A model generated the notes under the pieces. The model did no database searches. It was given only the letters and a program-made list of their open reading frames with translations, and was not told the DNA's origin. From an uncultured Rhodospirillaceae bacterium (GTDB lineage: Bacteria; Pseudomonadota; Alphaproteobacteria; MPNO01; UBA2964), in contig CAZBKQ010000007.1 in assembly GCA_964492555.1 (NCBI GenBank), positions 21,534 through 85,533 on the forward strand: a DNA stretch of 64,000 bases, given 5' to 3'. Made by a program: the position numbers and the translations under genes. Of this stretch, positions 10,020 through 20,889 are shown piece after piece (position 1 is the first letter of the stretch; each line of letters begins with the position of its first letter).

Positions 10020-12722
10020 ATGGCGGACGGATCGGGCAGCGGCATGGAAAAACGCGGCAGGGGCGCGGGCGCGCAGGGCGCGGTAACGCCCATGATGGCG
10101 CAATATCTTGCCATCAAGGAAGCCCATCCCGATTGCCTGCTCTTTTACCGGATGGGCGATTTTTACGAATTGTTTTTCGAAGACGCGGTCGCGGCCTCGG
10201 CGGCGCTCGACATCACCCTGACGAAACGCGGCAAACATGACGGCGCTGATATCCCGATGTGCGGGGTGCCGGTGCATGCCGCGGATTCATATCTGTCGCG
10301 CCTGATCCGCAAGGGCTTTCGCGTTGCCGTCTGCGAACAGACCGAAAACCCGGCGGAGGCAAAAAAGCGCGGCTCGAAATCCGTCGTCGCGCGCGATGTC
10401 ATCCGCATCGTCACGCCGGGCACGCTGACGGAAGACGCGCTGCTGGATGCGGCGCGCAATAATTTTCTGGCCGCGCTGGGCGATGCGCAAGGGGCGCTCG
10501 GCCTCGCCTGGCTGGATATCTCCACCGGCGCCTTTTTTGTCCAGACGGTGAGCGCGGCCACCCTGCCTGCGGCGCTTGCCCGGGTGGAACCGGGCGAGCT
10601 TCTGGTGCCCGAACGAATTCTGCGGGATGAATCGCTGTTCGAGATATTGGGCGAGGCGCGCGATATTCTCGCCCCGCTGCCCTCCTCCCGCTTCGATAGC
10701 GAGGCGGCCCGCCGGCGGCTTGAAGCCGCCTATGAGGTCGCGGCGCTGGATGCGTTCGGCGCGTTCAGCCGGGCCGAAATCGCGGCCGCCGGCGCACTAC
10801 TCGATTATGTGGAGCTGACCCAGAAGGGCCGCCTGCCCCGGCTCGATGCGCCGCGCCGTCTCGGCGACGGGGCGGTGATGGAAATCGATGCCGCCACACG
10901 CCGCAATCTGGAAATCTCCCGCACGCTTTCGGGCGACCGCCAGGGGTCTCTCCTGTCCGTCATTGACCGCACGGTGACCGGCGCGGGCGGGCGGCTGCTG
11001 GCGGGCTGGCTTGCCGCGCCGCTGACCGGGCTCGGCGATATCGCCGGGCGTCATGACGCGGTCGGCTGGCTGTATGAGTCCGCCACGTGCCGCGACGACC
11101 TGCGGGGCTATTTGCGCGAATGCCCGGATGTGGAACGCGCCCTGTCCCGCCTGATGCTCGACCGGGGCGGGCCGCGCGATCTTGCCGCCATTCGTGACGG
11201 GTTGCGCCAGGGCGCCCTGATCCGCGACCGGTTGCAGGCCGACTCCGCCGCATCGCCCCTGCCTGAATTGCTCTCGGGCGAGGTCTCGGGGCTCGGCCAT
11301 TTCGAGACGCTGTGCGACAGGTTCGACCGCGCGCTTGCCGATACCCTGCCGGTCAATGCGCGCGATGGCGGGTTTATCGCCGAAGGCTATTCGGAAGAGC
11401 TGGATGAGCTGATCGCGCTGCGTGATTCCAGCCGCAAGCTGATCATGGGGCTGCAATCCGATTACGCGGCGGCGACCGGCATCGCGTCGCTGAAGGTGCG
11501 CCATAATAATGTGCTGGGCTATTTCATCGAGGTCACCGCGGCCAATGCCGACAAGATGCCGTCGGGCGAAGACAGCGATTTCATCCATCGCCAGACGCTC
11601 GCCAGCGCGGTACGCTATACGACGGTGGAACTCGGCGATCTCGAAGGGCGCATTTCCCGTGCCGCAGATCAGGCGCTGGCGCTGGAACAGAAGCTGTTCA
11701 CTGATCTTGCCGGCGAAATAAAAGACCGGGCCGGCGATATCGCCCGCGCCGCAACCGCGCTCGCCACAATCGATGTGACCGCCGCGCTGGCTGCGCTGGC
11801 CGCCGCGCGGCGCTATGTCCGCCCGGCCATGGAAGACGGCGCCGCCTTCGCCATCGCGGGCGGCCGTCATCCGGTGGTGGAGGCCGCGCTCGACTCATCC
11901 GCCGATGCGGCGTTCGTGCCCAATGATTGCGACCTCGACCCCGCCCGGCGGCTGTGGCTGCTGACCGGTCCCAACATGGCGGGCAAAAGCACCTTTTTGC
12001 GCCAGAACGCGCTGATCGCCATTCTCGCCCAGGCGGGGTCCTTCGTTCCGGCGGAAGAGGCGCGCATCGGCGTCATAGACCGGCTGTTCAGCCGGGTCGG
12101 CGCGGCGGATGATCTTGCGCGCGGGCGCTCGACATTCATGGTGGAAATGGTGGAAACCGCCGCCATCCTGAACCAGGCCACCGAACGCTCGCTGATCATT
12201 CTCGATGAAATCGGGCGCGGCACGGCAACCTTTGACGGGCTGTCCATCGCCTGGGCGGCGCTCGAACATATTCATGACGTCAATAAATGCCGGGCGCTGT
12301 TCGCCACCCATTATCATGAGCTGACGGTGCTCGCCGCGCGGCTGCCGTCGCTGGAATGTCACACCATGCGGGTCAAGGAATGGCGAGAAGACGTGGTGTT
12401 CCTGCATGAGGTCGCGGCCGGGTCCGCCGACCGGTCCTACGGCATCCATGTCGGGCGGCTGGCGGGGTTGCCGCCGGCGGTGATCGGCCGGGCAGAAGAG
12501 GTGCTGGCGGCCCTCGAATCCGGTGAACAGGGCGGCGCGGTCAGCCGGCTGGCCGATGATCTGCCGCTCTTTAACGCGACCGCCGCGCGCGGCAAGGGCA
12601 AACAGGAATCGCAAAAGGAATCGGAGATCGAGGCGGCGCTGAAAGCCGCCGATCCCGACGCCATGACGCCGCGCGAGGCGCTGGAATTCCTCTACCGGCT
12701 CCGGGGGATGCTGGGGGGTTAA
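10020..12722 (+). CDS. mutS: DNA mismatch repair protein MutS.
   Basis: [35 protein letters not shown]-terminus and Walker [14 protein letters not shown]. The start is likely the in-frame Met at 10044 (MEKRG...). Confidence 0.92.
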   Translation: MADGSGSGMEKRGRGAGAQGAVTPMMAQYLAIKEAHPDCLLFYRMGDFYELFFEDAVAASAALDITLTKRGKHDGADIPMCGVPVHAADSYLSRLIRKGFRVAVCEQTENPAEAKKRGSKSVVARDVIRIVTPGTLTEDALLDAARNNFLAALGDAQGALGLAWLDISTGAFFVQTVSAATLPAALARVEPGELLVPERILRDESLFEILGEARDILAPLPSSRFDSEAARRRLEAAYEVAALDAFGAFSRAEIAAAGALLDYVELTQKGRLPRLDAPRRLGDGAVMEIDAATRRNLEISRTLSGDRQGSLLSVIDRTVTGAGGRLLAGWLAAPLTGLGDIAGRHDAVGWLYESATCRDDLRGYLRECPDVERALSRLMLDRGGPRDLAAIRDGLRQGALIRDRLQADSAASPLPELLSGEVSGLGHFETLCDRFDRALADTLPVNARDGGFIAEGYSEELDELIALRDSSRKLIMGLQSDYAAATGIASLKVRHNNVLGYFIEVTAANADKMPSGEDSDFIHRQTLASAVRYTTVELGDLEGRISRAADQALALEQKLFTDLAGEIKDRAGDIARAATALATIDVTAALAALAAARRYVRPAMEDGAAFAIAGGRHPVVEAALDSSADAAFVPNDCDLDPARRLWLLTGPNMAGKSTFLRQNALIAILAQAGSFVPAEEARIGVIDRLFSRVGAADDLARGRSTFMVEMVETAAILNQATERSLIILDEIGRGTATFDGLSIAWAALEHIHDVNKCRALFATHYHELTVLAARLPSLECHTMRVKEWREDVVFLHEVAAGSADRSYGIHVGRLAGLPPAVIGRAEEVLAALESGEQGGAVSRLADDLPLFNATAARGKGKQESQKESEIEAALKAADPDAMTPREALEFLYRLRGMLGG

Positions 12723-12830
12723 GGCGCACGCCCCATTCCCGCCGCAAAGTTACGGTTCATTCGACCACGCCGCTCGTGCTAACCATGGGGTGCGCCGCGC
12801 GCGCGTGAATTTCAACAGGCCGGGTCTCCC

Positions 12831-15671
12831 ATGGCGACGATCCTCAAACGCAAGGAAATCATCGATCTTGAGGCGCTGACCGCCGCCTATGAGGCGGAAT
12901 GGTCGGAAGACGAATCGACCTCCGAATCGCGCAAACGCCTGTTCGAGATGATCAAGCGGGCGCTGGCCGAGGGGCGCGATGAAGTCCGCCGCCGGTTCGA
13001 GGAAGACCACGAAACCGGGGAAACCAATGTCCGCGCCACCGCCTTTCTGATGGATCAGCTTCTGCGGTTCGCGCTCGATATCACCACCACCCATATCTAT
13101 CCGACCGCGGAACCGACCTCCGCCGAACGGATTTGCGTCGTTTGCACCGGCGGGTACGGGCGGGGCGAGCTCGCGCCCTTTTCCGATCTCGATCTGATGT
13201 TCCTGCTGCCCTACCGGCTGACCCCCCGGGTCGAGCAGATCGTCGAATCGATCCTCTATCTGCTCTGGGATCTCAGTCTCAAGGTCGGGCACGCCACCCG
13301 CAATGTCAAAGAGGTCGTGCGGCTGTCAGAAGACGACATCACCATTCGCACGGCGGTTCTGGAATCGCGTTTCCTCTGGGGTAACCGCAAGCTGTTTCAG
13401 GATATGCGGCGCGCCTTCCGCAAGAATGTGATGGCCGATTCCGGCCCGGCCTTCGCCGAAGCCAAGCTGGTGGAACGCGATGAGCGCCACCAGAAAATGG
13501 GCGATTCGCGCTATGTGCTGGAACCCAACCTGAAGGAGGGCAAGGGCGGGCTGCGCGATCTGCATACGCTGTTCTGGATCGCCAAATATCTTTATCAGGT
13601 CGATGCCGTGCCGGACCTGGTCGAAAAGGGCGTGCTGACGGCGGCGGAGGCGCGGCGTTTCGCCAAGGCGCAGAACTTTCTCTGGACCGTGCGGTCGCAT
13701 CTGCATTATCTGACCGGGCGGGGCGAGGACAGGCTGACCTTTGACGTTCAGACCGAAATCGGCCGCCGCATCGGGTATCGCGATCACGCCGGAACGCTCG
13801 GCGTCGAACGCTTCATGAAACATTACTATCTGACGGCGAAGGAGGTCGGTGATCTGACGCGGATATTCTGTGCCGCGCTGGAGGCCGAGCATCAGCGCTG
13901 GAACGCGTTCAACTTCAAGGCGCGCGATATATTCCGCCGCGATATCGAGGGGTTCAAGATCGAAAGCGGTCGGTTATCCGTCGAATCCGGATCGGAACTG
14001 ACAGAGGACCCGGTTCGGATCCTGAGGCTGTTTCGCGCGGCGCAGACCCATGACCGCGATATCCATCCACGCGCATTGCGGTTGATCACGCGGCATCTGA
14101 AGCTGGTCGACACCATCCGGGACGACAAGGAAGCCAACCGGCTGTTCGTGGAGATGCTGACCGACCCGAACGACGCCGACGTGACGCTGCGCCGGCTGAA
14201 CGAATCGGGCGTGTTCGGGCGTTTCGTGCCCGATTTCGGGCGTGTCGTCGCGCAGATGCAGCACGACATGTATCACGTCTATACGGTCGATGAGCATACG
14301 ATCTTCGCCATCGGCATCCTGCACGGGATAGAACAGGGCAAATACAAGGACGACATGCCGGTGGCGAGCGAGGTGATCCACAAGCTGGTCTCCAAACGCG
14401 CGCTTTATGTCGCCATCCTGCTGCATGATATCGCAAAGGGGCGCGGCGGCGATCATTCGGTGCTGGGGGCGGAGGTCGCGCTGGATTTGTGTCCCCGTTT
14501 CGGTCTTTCGCCTGAAGAAACCGAGACCGTCGAATGGCTGGTCCGCTATCATCTGCTGATGAGCCATATCGCCTTTCATCGCGATCTCGCCGATCCCAAG
14601 AGCATCATTGATTTCGCCGAACAGGTGCAATCGGTTGAACGGCTGCGGCTGCTGCTTTGTCTGACGGTCGCCGATATACGGGCGGTCGGGCCCAATGTCT
14701 GGAATAACTGGAAGGCGTCGCTGCTGCGTGAGCTGTATTACGCGACGGAGGCGGAGCTTTCCGGCGGGCATGACACGACGGGCCGGGAAGCCCGGATCGA
14801 AAGCGCCAAACACGCCTTGTCCGAAACGCTCGGCAATATGGGCTGGTCCGGCGGCGCGATCGAGGAAATCGTCGCTCTCGGCTACCCGTCCTACTGGCTG
14901 TCACTTGATACCGATACGCATTGCCGCCATGCGGCGTTGATCCATGACGCGTTGGCCAATGACCGGCAGATCGCCTACGATACGCGCGCCGACGATGTCC
15001 ACGCGGTAACCGAACTGACGATCTACACACCCGATCACCCCGGCCTGTTTTCATCCATCGCCGGGGCGATCGCCGTTTCCGGCGCGAATATCGTCGGCGC
15101 GAAGATTTTCACCATGACCAACGGCATGGCGCTCGACATATTCGCGATCCAGGATTCGACCGGGAACGCCTTTGTCCGTCAGGGCGATATCGACCGGTTG
15201 ACGGCGCGGATCGAACAGGCGCTGCGCGGCGAATGGCGGCCGTCGGTCGAGTTGCAAAAAAAGCCGGTGATCTCCAGCCGCGATGACGTGTTCTCCGTCT
15301 CGCCGCGCGTGCTGATCAATAACGGCGCGAGCCGCACTCATTCGGTGATCGAAATCAACGGGCGCGACCGGACCGGCTTTTTGCATGACGTTACCCGGAC
15401 ACTGGCAGACCTCGGCCTGCAGGTGTCCAGCGCGCTGGTCACGACCTATGGTGAACGGGCGGTGGACGTGTTCTACGTCAAGGACGGGTTCGGAATGCAG
15501 ATCACCAATGAGCGCAAGCTAGACCAGATCCGGGAGGAGCTGCTTGAGACGCTGGGCGCCTCGCCGGAAGATCTCGAAGAGGCGCGCAATCGCCAGCCGC
15601 GCGGCGCCGCCCGCAAGGCGGCCCGCCGCCCGCGCAGGGTTTCACCCCATTCCGCCGGCACCGCGTCGTAA
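12831..15671 (+). CDS. glnD: Bifunctional [protein-PII] uridylyltransferase / uridylyl-removing enzyme GlnD.
   Basis: 946 aa with an NTase domain (GGYGRGELAPFSDLDL), an HD domain and two C-terminal ACT domains. glnD followed by murJ is the conserved alphaproteobacterial order. Confidence 0.9.
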   Translation: MATILKRKEIIDLEALTAAYEAEWSEDESTSESRKRLFEMIKRALAEGRDEVRRRFEEDHETGETNVRATAFLMDQLLRFALDITTTHIYPTAEPTSAERICVVCTGGYGRGELAPFSDLDLMFLLPYRLTPRVEQIVESILYLLWDLSLKVGHATRNVKEVVRLSEDDITIRTAVLESRFLWGNRKLFQDMRRAFRKNVMADSGPAFAEAKLVERDERHQKMGDSRYVLEPNLKEGKGGLRDLHTLFWIAKYLYQVDAVPDLVEKGVLTAAEARRFAKAQNFLWTVRSHLHYLTGRGEDRLTFDVQTEIGRRIGYRDHAGTLGVERFMKHYYLTAKEVGDLTRIFCAALEAEHQRWNAFNFKARDIFRRDIEGFKIESGRLSVESGSELTEDPVRILRLFRAAQTHDRDIHPRALRLITRHLKLVDTIRDDKEANRLFVEMLTDPNDADVTLRRLNESGVFGRFVPDFGRVVAQMQHDMYHVYTVDEHTIFAIGILHGIEQGKYKDDMPVASEVIHKLVSKRALYVAILLHDIAKGRGGDHSVLGAEVALDLCPRFGLSPEETETVEWLVRYHLLMSHIAFHRDLADPKSIIDFAEQVQSVERLRLLLCLTVADIRAVGPNVWNNWKASLLRELYYATEAELSGGHDTTGREARIESAKHALSETLGNMGWSGGAIEEIVALGYPSYWLSLDTDTHCRHAALIHDALANDRQIAYDTRADDVHAVTELTIYTPDHPGLFSSIAGAIAVSGANIVGAKIFTMTNGMALDIFAIQDSTGNAFVRQGDIDRLTARIEQALRGEWRPSVELQKKPVISSRDDVFSVSPRVLINNGASRTHSVIEINGRDRTGFLHDVTRTLADLGLQVSSALVTTYGERAVDVFYVKDGFGMQITNERKLDQIREELLETLGASPEDLEEARNRQPRGAARKAARRPRRVSPHSAGTAS

Positions 15672-15711
15672 TCGAATGCCGGATTTAATTCCCATGACCG
15701 TGCCGCGTTAG

Positions 15712-17271
15712 ATGGCGCTATTCAAGGCAATTGCGACCGTCGGCGGCTACACCATGATCAGCCGCGTTCTCGGATTTCTGCGCGATATTCTGATCGCCGC
15801 GCTGATGGGGGCGGGCCCTGTCGCGGACGCGTTTTTCGTCGCCTTCAAGCTGCCGAATTTTTTCCGCCGCCTGTTTGCCGAGGGCGCGTTCAACGCCGCC
15901 TTCGTGCCGCTGTTCGCCGGGCGGCTGGCGGCGGATGGCCAGGCATCGGCGCGCGATTTTGCCGCAGCCGTTCTGTCCGTCATGGCGGTGTTTCTGTTTT
16001 GCTTCGTGACCCTGTTGCAGATCGCGATGCCGCTGCTGATGTACGGGTTCGCGCCGGGGTTCGCCGGCGATCCCGTCCGCTTTGACCTGGCGGTGGAACT
16101 GACCCGCATTACCTTTCCCTATCTCCTTTTTATATCGCTGGTCTCGCTGTTGGGTGGGGTGCTGAATTCTCTCGACCGGTTCGCCGCCGCCGCCGCGACG
16201 CCGATTATTCTGAATATCTGTCTGATCGGCGGGCTGGTGGTTGCCGCGCCGCATTTGCCGACGCCGGGTCACGGGCTGGCCTGGGGCGTGGCCGCCGCCG
16301 GCATCGCGCAGTTCCTGTGGCTTATCCATGCCTGCCGCCGCGCCGGCATGGTTTTCCGCCTGCCGAAACCGCGGCTGACGCCGGGGGTGAAGCGGCTGCT
16401 GACCCTGATGGTGCCGGGCGCCATCGGCGCCGGGGTGGTGCAGCTCAATCTGCTGATCGATATCGTGATCGCCTCGACGCTGCCCGCCGGGGCGGTGTCA
16501 TTCCTCTATTATGCGGACCGGCTGAATCAGCTGCCGCTCGGCGTCATCGGCGTTGCCATCGGGACGGCGCTCTTGCCGCTGCTGTCGCGCCAGCTGCGCC
16601 AGGGAGAGGATGCGGCGGCGCGCGAGTCGATGAACAGGGCGATAGAAATCGCGCTGCTCTTTACCGTGCCGGCCGCGGTGGCGCTGGTGCTGATCGCCGA
16701 TCCGATCATAAAGGTGCTGTTTGAACGCGGTGCGTTCGATCCCGCGACGACCCGGGCGACGGCGCTGGCGCTGACCGCCTATGCCGTCGGGTTGCCGGCC
16801 TATGTGCTGGTCAAGGTGCTTGCGCCCGGCTTTTTCGCCCGTGAAGACACCAAAACGCCGGTCAAGATCGCGATCGTCTGCGTCGCTATCAATATCGCAC
16901 TCAGCCTGACGCTGATCCATTTTCTGGCGCATGCCGGGATCGCGCTGGCGACCGCGATTGCCGCCTGGGTCAATGCCGGGTTGCTGGCGCTGATCCTGGC
17001 GCGGCGCGGGCATCACCGTCTCGATGCGCGGCTTAAGGGCAGGGCCTTGCGGATTTGTCTCGCGGCCGCCGGGATGGGGGCCGGGTTGTGGGTCGCGCAT
17101 GGCTGGCTTGAGGCTGCGTTTTCCGCGTCGCTGGCGGAGCGGATAATGGCGCTGATCCCGCTGGTGTTGGGCGGGATGGCGGTTTACGGCGTTCTCGCCA
17201 CCGCGACCGGTGCGGCGTCGCTCTCTGAAATAAAGGGGATTTTGCGGCGCAAACCGTCGCTTGACCCGTAA
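15712..17271 (+). CDS. murJ: Lipid II flippase MurJ (MviN).
   Basis: MurJ N-terminal signature (RVLGFLRDILIAALMGAG...ADAFFVAFKLPNFFRRLFAEGAFNAAFVP) in a 519 aa polytopic protein. Confidence 0.9.
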   Translation: MALFKAIATVGGYTMISRVLGFLRDILIAALMGAGPVADAFFVAFKLPNFFRRLFAEGAFNAAFVPLFAGRLAADGQASARDFAAAVLSVMAVFLFCFVTLLQIAMPLLMYGFAPGFAGDPVRFDLAVELTRITFPYLLFISLVSLLGGVLNSLDRFAAAAATPIILNICLIGGLVVAAPHLPTPGHGLAWGVAAAGIAQFLWLIHACRRAGMVFRLPKPRLTPGVKRLLTLMVPGAIGAGVVQLNLLIDIVIASTLPAGAVSFLYYADRLNQLPLGVIGVAIGTALLPLLSRQLRQGEDAAARESMNRAIEIALLFTVPAAVALVLIADPIIKVLFERGAFDPATTRATALALTAYAVGLPAYVLVKVLAPGFFAREDTKTPVKIAIVCVAINIALSLTLIHFLAHAGIALATAIAAWVNAGLLALILARRGHHRLDARLKGRALRICLAAAGMGAGLWVAHGWLEAAFSASLAERIMALIPLVLGGMAVYGVLATATGAASLSEIKGILRRKPSLDP

Positions 17272-17319
17272 CCTTAATGGCGGGATAACGCCGCGCTCAA
17301 CGACTATAAAGGACAGCTC

Positions 17320-18327
17320 ATGGCGCGGGTCTTTTCCGGCGTTCAACCGACCGGCAATCTGCATCTTGGCAATTATCTCGGCGCGATCCGGAATTTTGTC
17401 CGGCTGCAGGACGATCACGAATGCATCTATTGTGTCGTCGACCTGCACGCCGTCACCGTCTGGCAGGACCCGGCGGAACTGATCCGCAATACGCGGGAGG
17501 TCGCCGCCGCCTTTATCGCCGCGGGCGTCGATCCCGAACAAAGCATCATCTTCAACCAGAGTGCGGTGCCACAGCACGCGGAGCTCGCCTGGGTTTTCAA
17601 TTGCGTTGCGCGGGTCGGTTGGCTCAACCGGATGACGCAATTCAAGGACAAGGCGGGTAAGAACCGCGAAAACGCGAGCGTCGGGCTTTATGTCTATCCG
17701 GCGCTGATGGCGGCGGACATCCTTGCCTATCGCGCGACACACGTGCCGGTGGGCGAGGACCAGAAACAGCATCTGGAGTTGACCCGCGATATTGCGCAGA
17801 AATTCAATAACGATTTCGGGACGGAGTTTTTCCCCATTATCGAGCCCCTGATCTTTGATCACGCGGCGCGGGTGATGAGTTTGCGCGACGGGCGCAACAA
17901 GATGAGCAAATCCGATCCGTCGGATAATTCCCGGATCAACATCACCGATGATGCCGATGCAATCGCGAAAAAAATCCGCCGCGCCAGGACTGACCCCGAA
18001 CCGGTGCCCGACGGGTCCGAAGCGCTGGGGACGGCGGAGACACGGCCGGAGGCATTCAACCTGATCGATATCTTCGCCGCGCTGGCCGATCGGCCCGCCG
18101 CCGACATCATGGCGGAGTATGGCGGCAAGCCGTTTTCCGAATTCAAGCCCGCGCTTGCCGATGTGGCGGTAACGGCGCTCGGCCCCATGGGTGATGAGAT
18201 GCGCCGGCTGATGGATGATCCCACGGAAATCGACCGCACGCTGGCCAATGGCGTGGCGCGCGCGCGGGAGATTGCGGCGCCGGTCCTGGAAGAAGTTTAC
18301 GATATCGTCGGGTTTTTGCGTCCCTGA
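17320..18327 (+). CDS. trpS: Tryptophan--tRNA ligase.
   Basis: Class I HIGH-type motif ([15 protein letters not shown]) and KMSKS (KMSKSD); 335 aa. Confidence 0.95.
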   Translation: MARVFSGVQPTGNLHLGNYLGAIRNFVRLQDDHECIYCVVDLHAVTVWQDPAELIRNTREVAAAFIAAGVDPEQSIIFNQSAVPQHAELAWVFNCVARVGWLNRMTQFKDKAGKNRENASVGLYVYPALMAADILAYRATHVPVGEDQKQHLELTRDIAQKFNNDFGTEFFPIIEPLIFDHAARVMSLRDGRNKMSKSDPSDNSRINITDDADAIAKKIRRARTDPEPVPDGSEALGTAETRPEAFNLIDIFAALADRPAADIMAEYGGKPFSEFKPALADVAVTALGPMGDEMRRLMDDPTEIDRTLANGVARAREIAAPVLEEVYDIVGFLRP

Positions 18328-18433
18328 ACGCCAAATCGGCGCTTAAATGCCGGTTTTTGCTTGCGAAACCGGCAGATCGGGCGCAAAAGACGGCGCAACC
18401 CGCTATTTTTCGACTCGTTCCCCGGCGCCGTTT

Positions 18434-19354
18434 ATGGACCTTTATTTTCCTATTGCAGAAATGTCGCTCAACGCGCTCCTGCTGTTCAGCATGGGAGCGG
18501 GTGTAGGCGTCCTGTCCGGCATGTTTGGCGTGGGCGGCGGGTTTCTGATGACGCCGCTGCTGATTTTTGTCGGCGTGCCGCCCGCCGTGGCGGTGGCGAC
18601 GGAGGCCAACCAGGTGGTCGCCGCGTCCGTCTCCGGGGCCCTCGCCCATTGGCGGCGCGGCAATGTCGATGTGAAGATGGGCGTCGTGCTGCTGATCGGC
18701 GGCTTTATCGGCTCCACCGCCGGTGTCTGGATATTCACCTGGCTGCGCCAGCTTGGTCAGATCGACGTCGTCATCTCCATGTGTTTCGTGACCTTCCTTG
18801 GCATCATCGGGGTTTTGATGGTGAGCGAAAGCGTGCGCGCCTGGATGAAAAGCCGGAATCCGGGGGGCGCGCCCCGCACCAAGCTGCATCAGCATACCTG
18901 GCTGCACGGCCTGCCCTTCAAGATGCGGTTCCGCCGCTCGAAGCTCTATATCAGTGCCCTGCTGCCGCTCGGCATCGGTATCTTTGTCGGCATTCTCTCT
19001 GCCATCATGGGTGTCGGCGGCGGCTTCATCATGGTGCCGGCGATGATCTATCTGCTCGGCATGCCGACCTCGGTCGTCGTCGGGACCTCGCTTTTCCAGA
19101 TCATTTTCGTCACCGCCAACGTGACTTTCCTGCAATCGGTCAATAACCAGACCGTCGATGTCATGCTGGCCCTGTTGCTGGTCGTCGGGAGCGTCATCGG
19201 CGCGCAGATCGGCACCATGTTCGGCGCCAAGTTGCGCGGCGAACAGCTGCGGGCGCTTCTGGGTCTGATCGTGCTCGCTGTCGGCGCCAAGGTCGCCTGG
19301 ACCTTGATCGCGACGCCGGCGGAACTGTTCACCATCGGGGCGGGGGGGCACTGA
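18434..19354 (+). CDS. TSUP family (TauE/SafE-like, DUF81) membrane permease.
   Basis: ORF 18347..19354. Start refined to MDLYFPIAEMS. Two internal repeats each carry the GVGGGF(L/I)M(T/V)P motif characteristic of TSUP transporters. Confidence 0.75.
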   Translation: MDLYFPIAEMSLNALLLFSMGAGVGVLSGMFGVGGGFLMTPLLIFVGVPPAVAVATEANQVVAASVSGALAHWRRGNVDVKMGVVLLIGGFIGSTAGVWIFTWLRQLGQIDVVISMCFVTFLGIIGVLMVSESVRAWMKSRNPGGAPRTKLHQHTWLHGLPFKMRFRRSKLYISALLPLGIGIFVGILSAIMGVGGGFIMVPAMIYLLGMPTSVVVGTSLFQIIFVTANVTFLQSVNNQTVDVMLALLLVVGSVIGAQIGTMFGAKLRGEQLRALLGLIVLAVGAKVAWTLIATPAELFTIGAGGH

Positions 19355-20073
19355 TGATACGGCGTCTTCTCCTGTCATATTTTATCCTGTTCGTGCTGCT
19401 GTGTGCCCCGCCGGTCGCCGCCAAGCCGCTGGTCGCAGATTTGTCCGACACCAAGATTGAAATCACCACCAGCTTTTCCGGCACCCGTCTGCTGCTTTTT
19501 GGCGCGATCAACGAACCGGGCGATGTCGTTGTCGTCGTGCGCGGTCCCGACGTACTTGAGGCCGTGCGTAAAAAACAACGCGTCGGCGGGATCTGGGTGA
19601 ATGGCCGCGCGCGGGTTTTTGAGAACGCGCCCGGTTATTATTATGTCGCCTCGTCAAAGCCGCTTGGTGACATCGCGTCCGCCCAGACATTGCGCGACTA
19701 TTCGATCGGATATGGCTCTTTCGAGTTGCTGCATGACGGAGAATTCCGCGACGCGCTGATCCGGTTGAAAGAGGCGCGCGAACTTTATGTGCGCCGCGAC
19801 GCATCGGTGAAGGTCATTGACGACAGCCTGTTTCGGGCGGAGCTGAGCTTTCCGTCCAGCGTGCCGACCGGTCCTTACCGGGCGGAAGTGCATCTGTTTC
19901 GCAATGGCCGGCACATCAACACCTACGCAAAGCAGCTTCGGGTGCGCAAGGTGGGTGTCGAGGCGGCGGTGTTTAATTTTGCTCATACCCATTCGGCGCT
20001 TTACGGTATTATCGCCGTGTTGATCGCTCTGGTGGCCGGCTGGACCGCCGGCGCGGTATTCAGAAGGACCTGA
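19354..20073 (+). CDS. Conserved alphaproteobacterial hypothetical protein with an N-terminal signal or anchor and a C-terminal TM segment (TIGR02186-like).
   Basis: 239 aa. The start overlaps the TSUP stop by 1 nt (TGATG). It has a hydrophobic N-terminus and a C-terminal TM (YGIIAVLIALVAGWTAGAVF). Family assignment is from memory of this family being paired with DUF81 genes. Confidence 0.5.
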   Translation: MIRRLLLSYFILFVLLCAPPVAAKPLVADLSDTKIEITTSFSGTRLLLFGAINEPGDVVVVVRGPDVLEAVRKKQRVGGIWVNGRARVFENAPGYYYVASSKPLGDIASAQTLRDYSIGYGSFELLHDGEFRDALIRLKEARELYVRRDASVKVIDDSLFRAELSFPSSVPTGPYRAEVHLFRNGRHINTYAKQLRVRKVGVEAAVFNFAHTHSALYGIIAVLIALVAGWTAGAVFRRT

Positions 20074-20075
20074 TC

Positions 20076-20585
20076 TTGATGACAGAAACCGGGGAAAGCC
20101 AGGCGGCTGATAGCAGCGTTCCCGCCGAGCGATTTTTTTTGGTCGTGGTCGACGCTTCCAAAGAGCTTCGCGTCGCGTTGCGCTTTGCCGCCCAGCGGGC
20201 GCGCAAAACCGGTGGCCGCGTCGCGCTCCTCTCGGTTCTGGAACCGGCCGATTTTCAGCACTGGATGGCGGTCGAGGAAAAAATGCGCGAGGAACGCCGC
20301 GAAGAGGCGGAACGCCTGCTCGAAAAGCTGGGGGCGGAAGTCACTGAAATCACCGGCGACATGCCGTCGCTTTATGTCCGGGAAGGCAAGGTTAGCGACG
20401 AAATTCTCGGGCTGATCAAGGAAGAACCCAACATATCCATCCTGGTGCTGGGGGCGGGGACGGACAAAAAAGGCCCCGGACCGCTGGTATCCTCCCTGGC
20501 GGGCAAGCTTTCCGGTGAATTTCCGGTTCCGATCACGGTCGTGCCCGGCACGTTGAGCGACGCTCAAATTGACGCCCTGACCTGA
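20076..20585 (+). CDS. Universal stress protein (UspA family).
   Basis: 169 aa with an Usp-like alpha/beta fold pattern (FLVVVDASKE...VALLSVLEP...ILVLGAGTDKKGPG...GSVSE-like C-terminus). It starts 3 nt after the preceding gene. Confidence 0.7.
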   Translation: MMTETGESQAADSSVPAERFFLVVVDASKELRVALRFAAQRARKTGGRVALLSVLEPADFQHWMAVEEKMREERREEAERLLEKLGAEVTEITGDMPSLYVREGKVSDEILGLIKEEPNISILVLGAGTDKKGPGPLVSSLAGKLSGEFPVPITVVPGTLSDAQIDALT

Positions 20586-20747
20586 TCGCCTCTCCACCGG
20601 ATTTCAGTTTTTAACCATAAAAAATTCGATAATATTACCGGATTGTTTGGTTTTCCACACGTTTCCACTTTCGAAACGTTGTCGAAAAATGCGCTCCATC
20701 AACAGGTTAGAGAAAATCCGAATCACCGGGCGATTCTCCATCTTGTA

Positions 20748-20766
20748 AATTAACGTCTCGTTAATT
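20748..20766. promoter_or_regulatory. Perfect inverted repeat AATTAACG-tct-CGTTAATT (TTAA-N7-TTAA, CtrA-box-like) in an AT-rich spacer upstream of the glucosaminidase gene.
   Basis: Seen directly in the sequence. It sits about 125 nt upstream of the 20890 start. A TTTTCCACA (DnaA-box-like) motif lies at about 20651..20659. Confidence 0.3.
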
Positions 20767-20889
20767 AAATCTCCGCTCACGCCTCATCGTAACTGGGCGA
20801 CCTCTTTAGTTTCGGCAGCCGCTGGACGGCGGGAAATCCCGATCCGGAAATGACCGGCGGGGAGAGTGATGTCGGAGGGTTGAGCGATT

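Noticed and set aside
20651-20670. TTTTCCACA and GTTTCCACT DnaA-box-like motifs as evidence for oriC.
   Set aside because: Only one good box is present, and the neighbouring genes (usp, glucosaminidase) are not typical origin flanks. No dnaA, hemE or parAB context is visible. It is kept as a finding but not called an origin.
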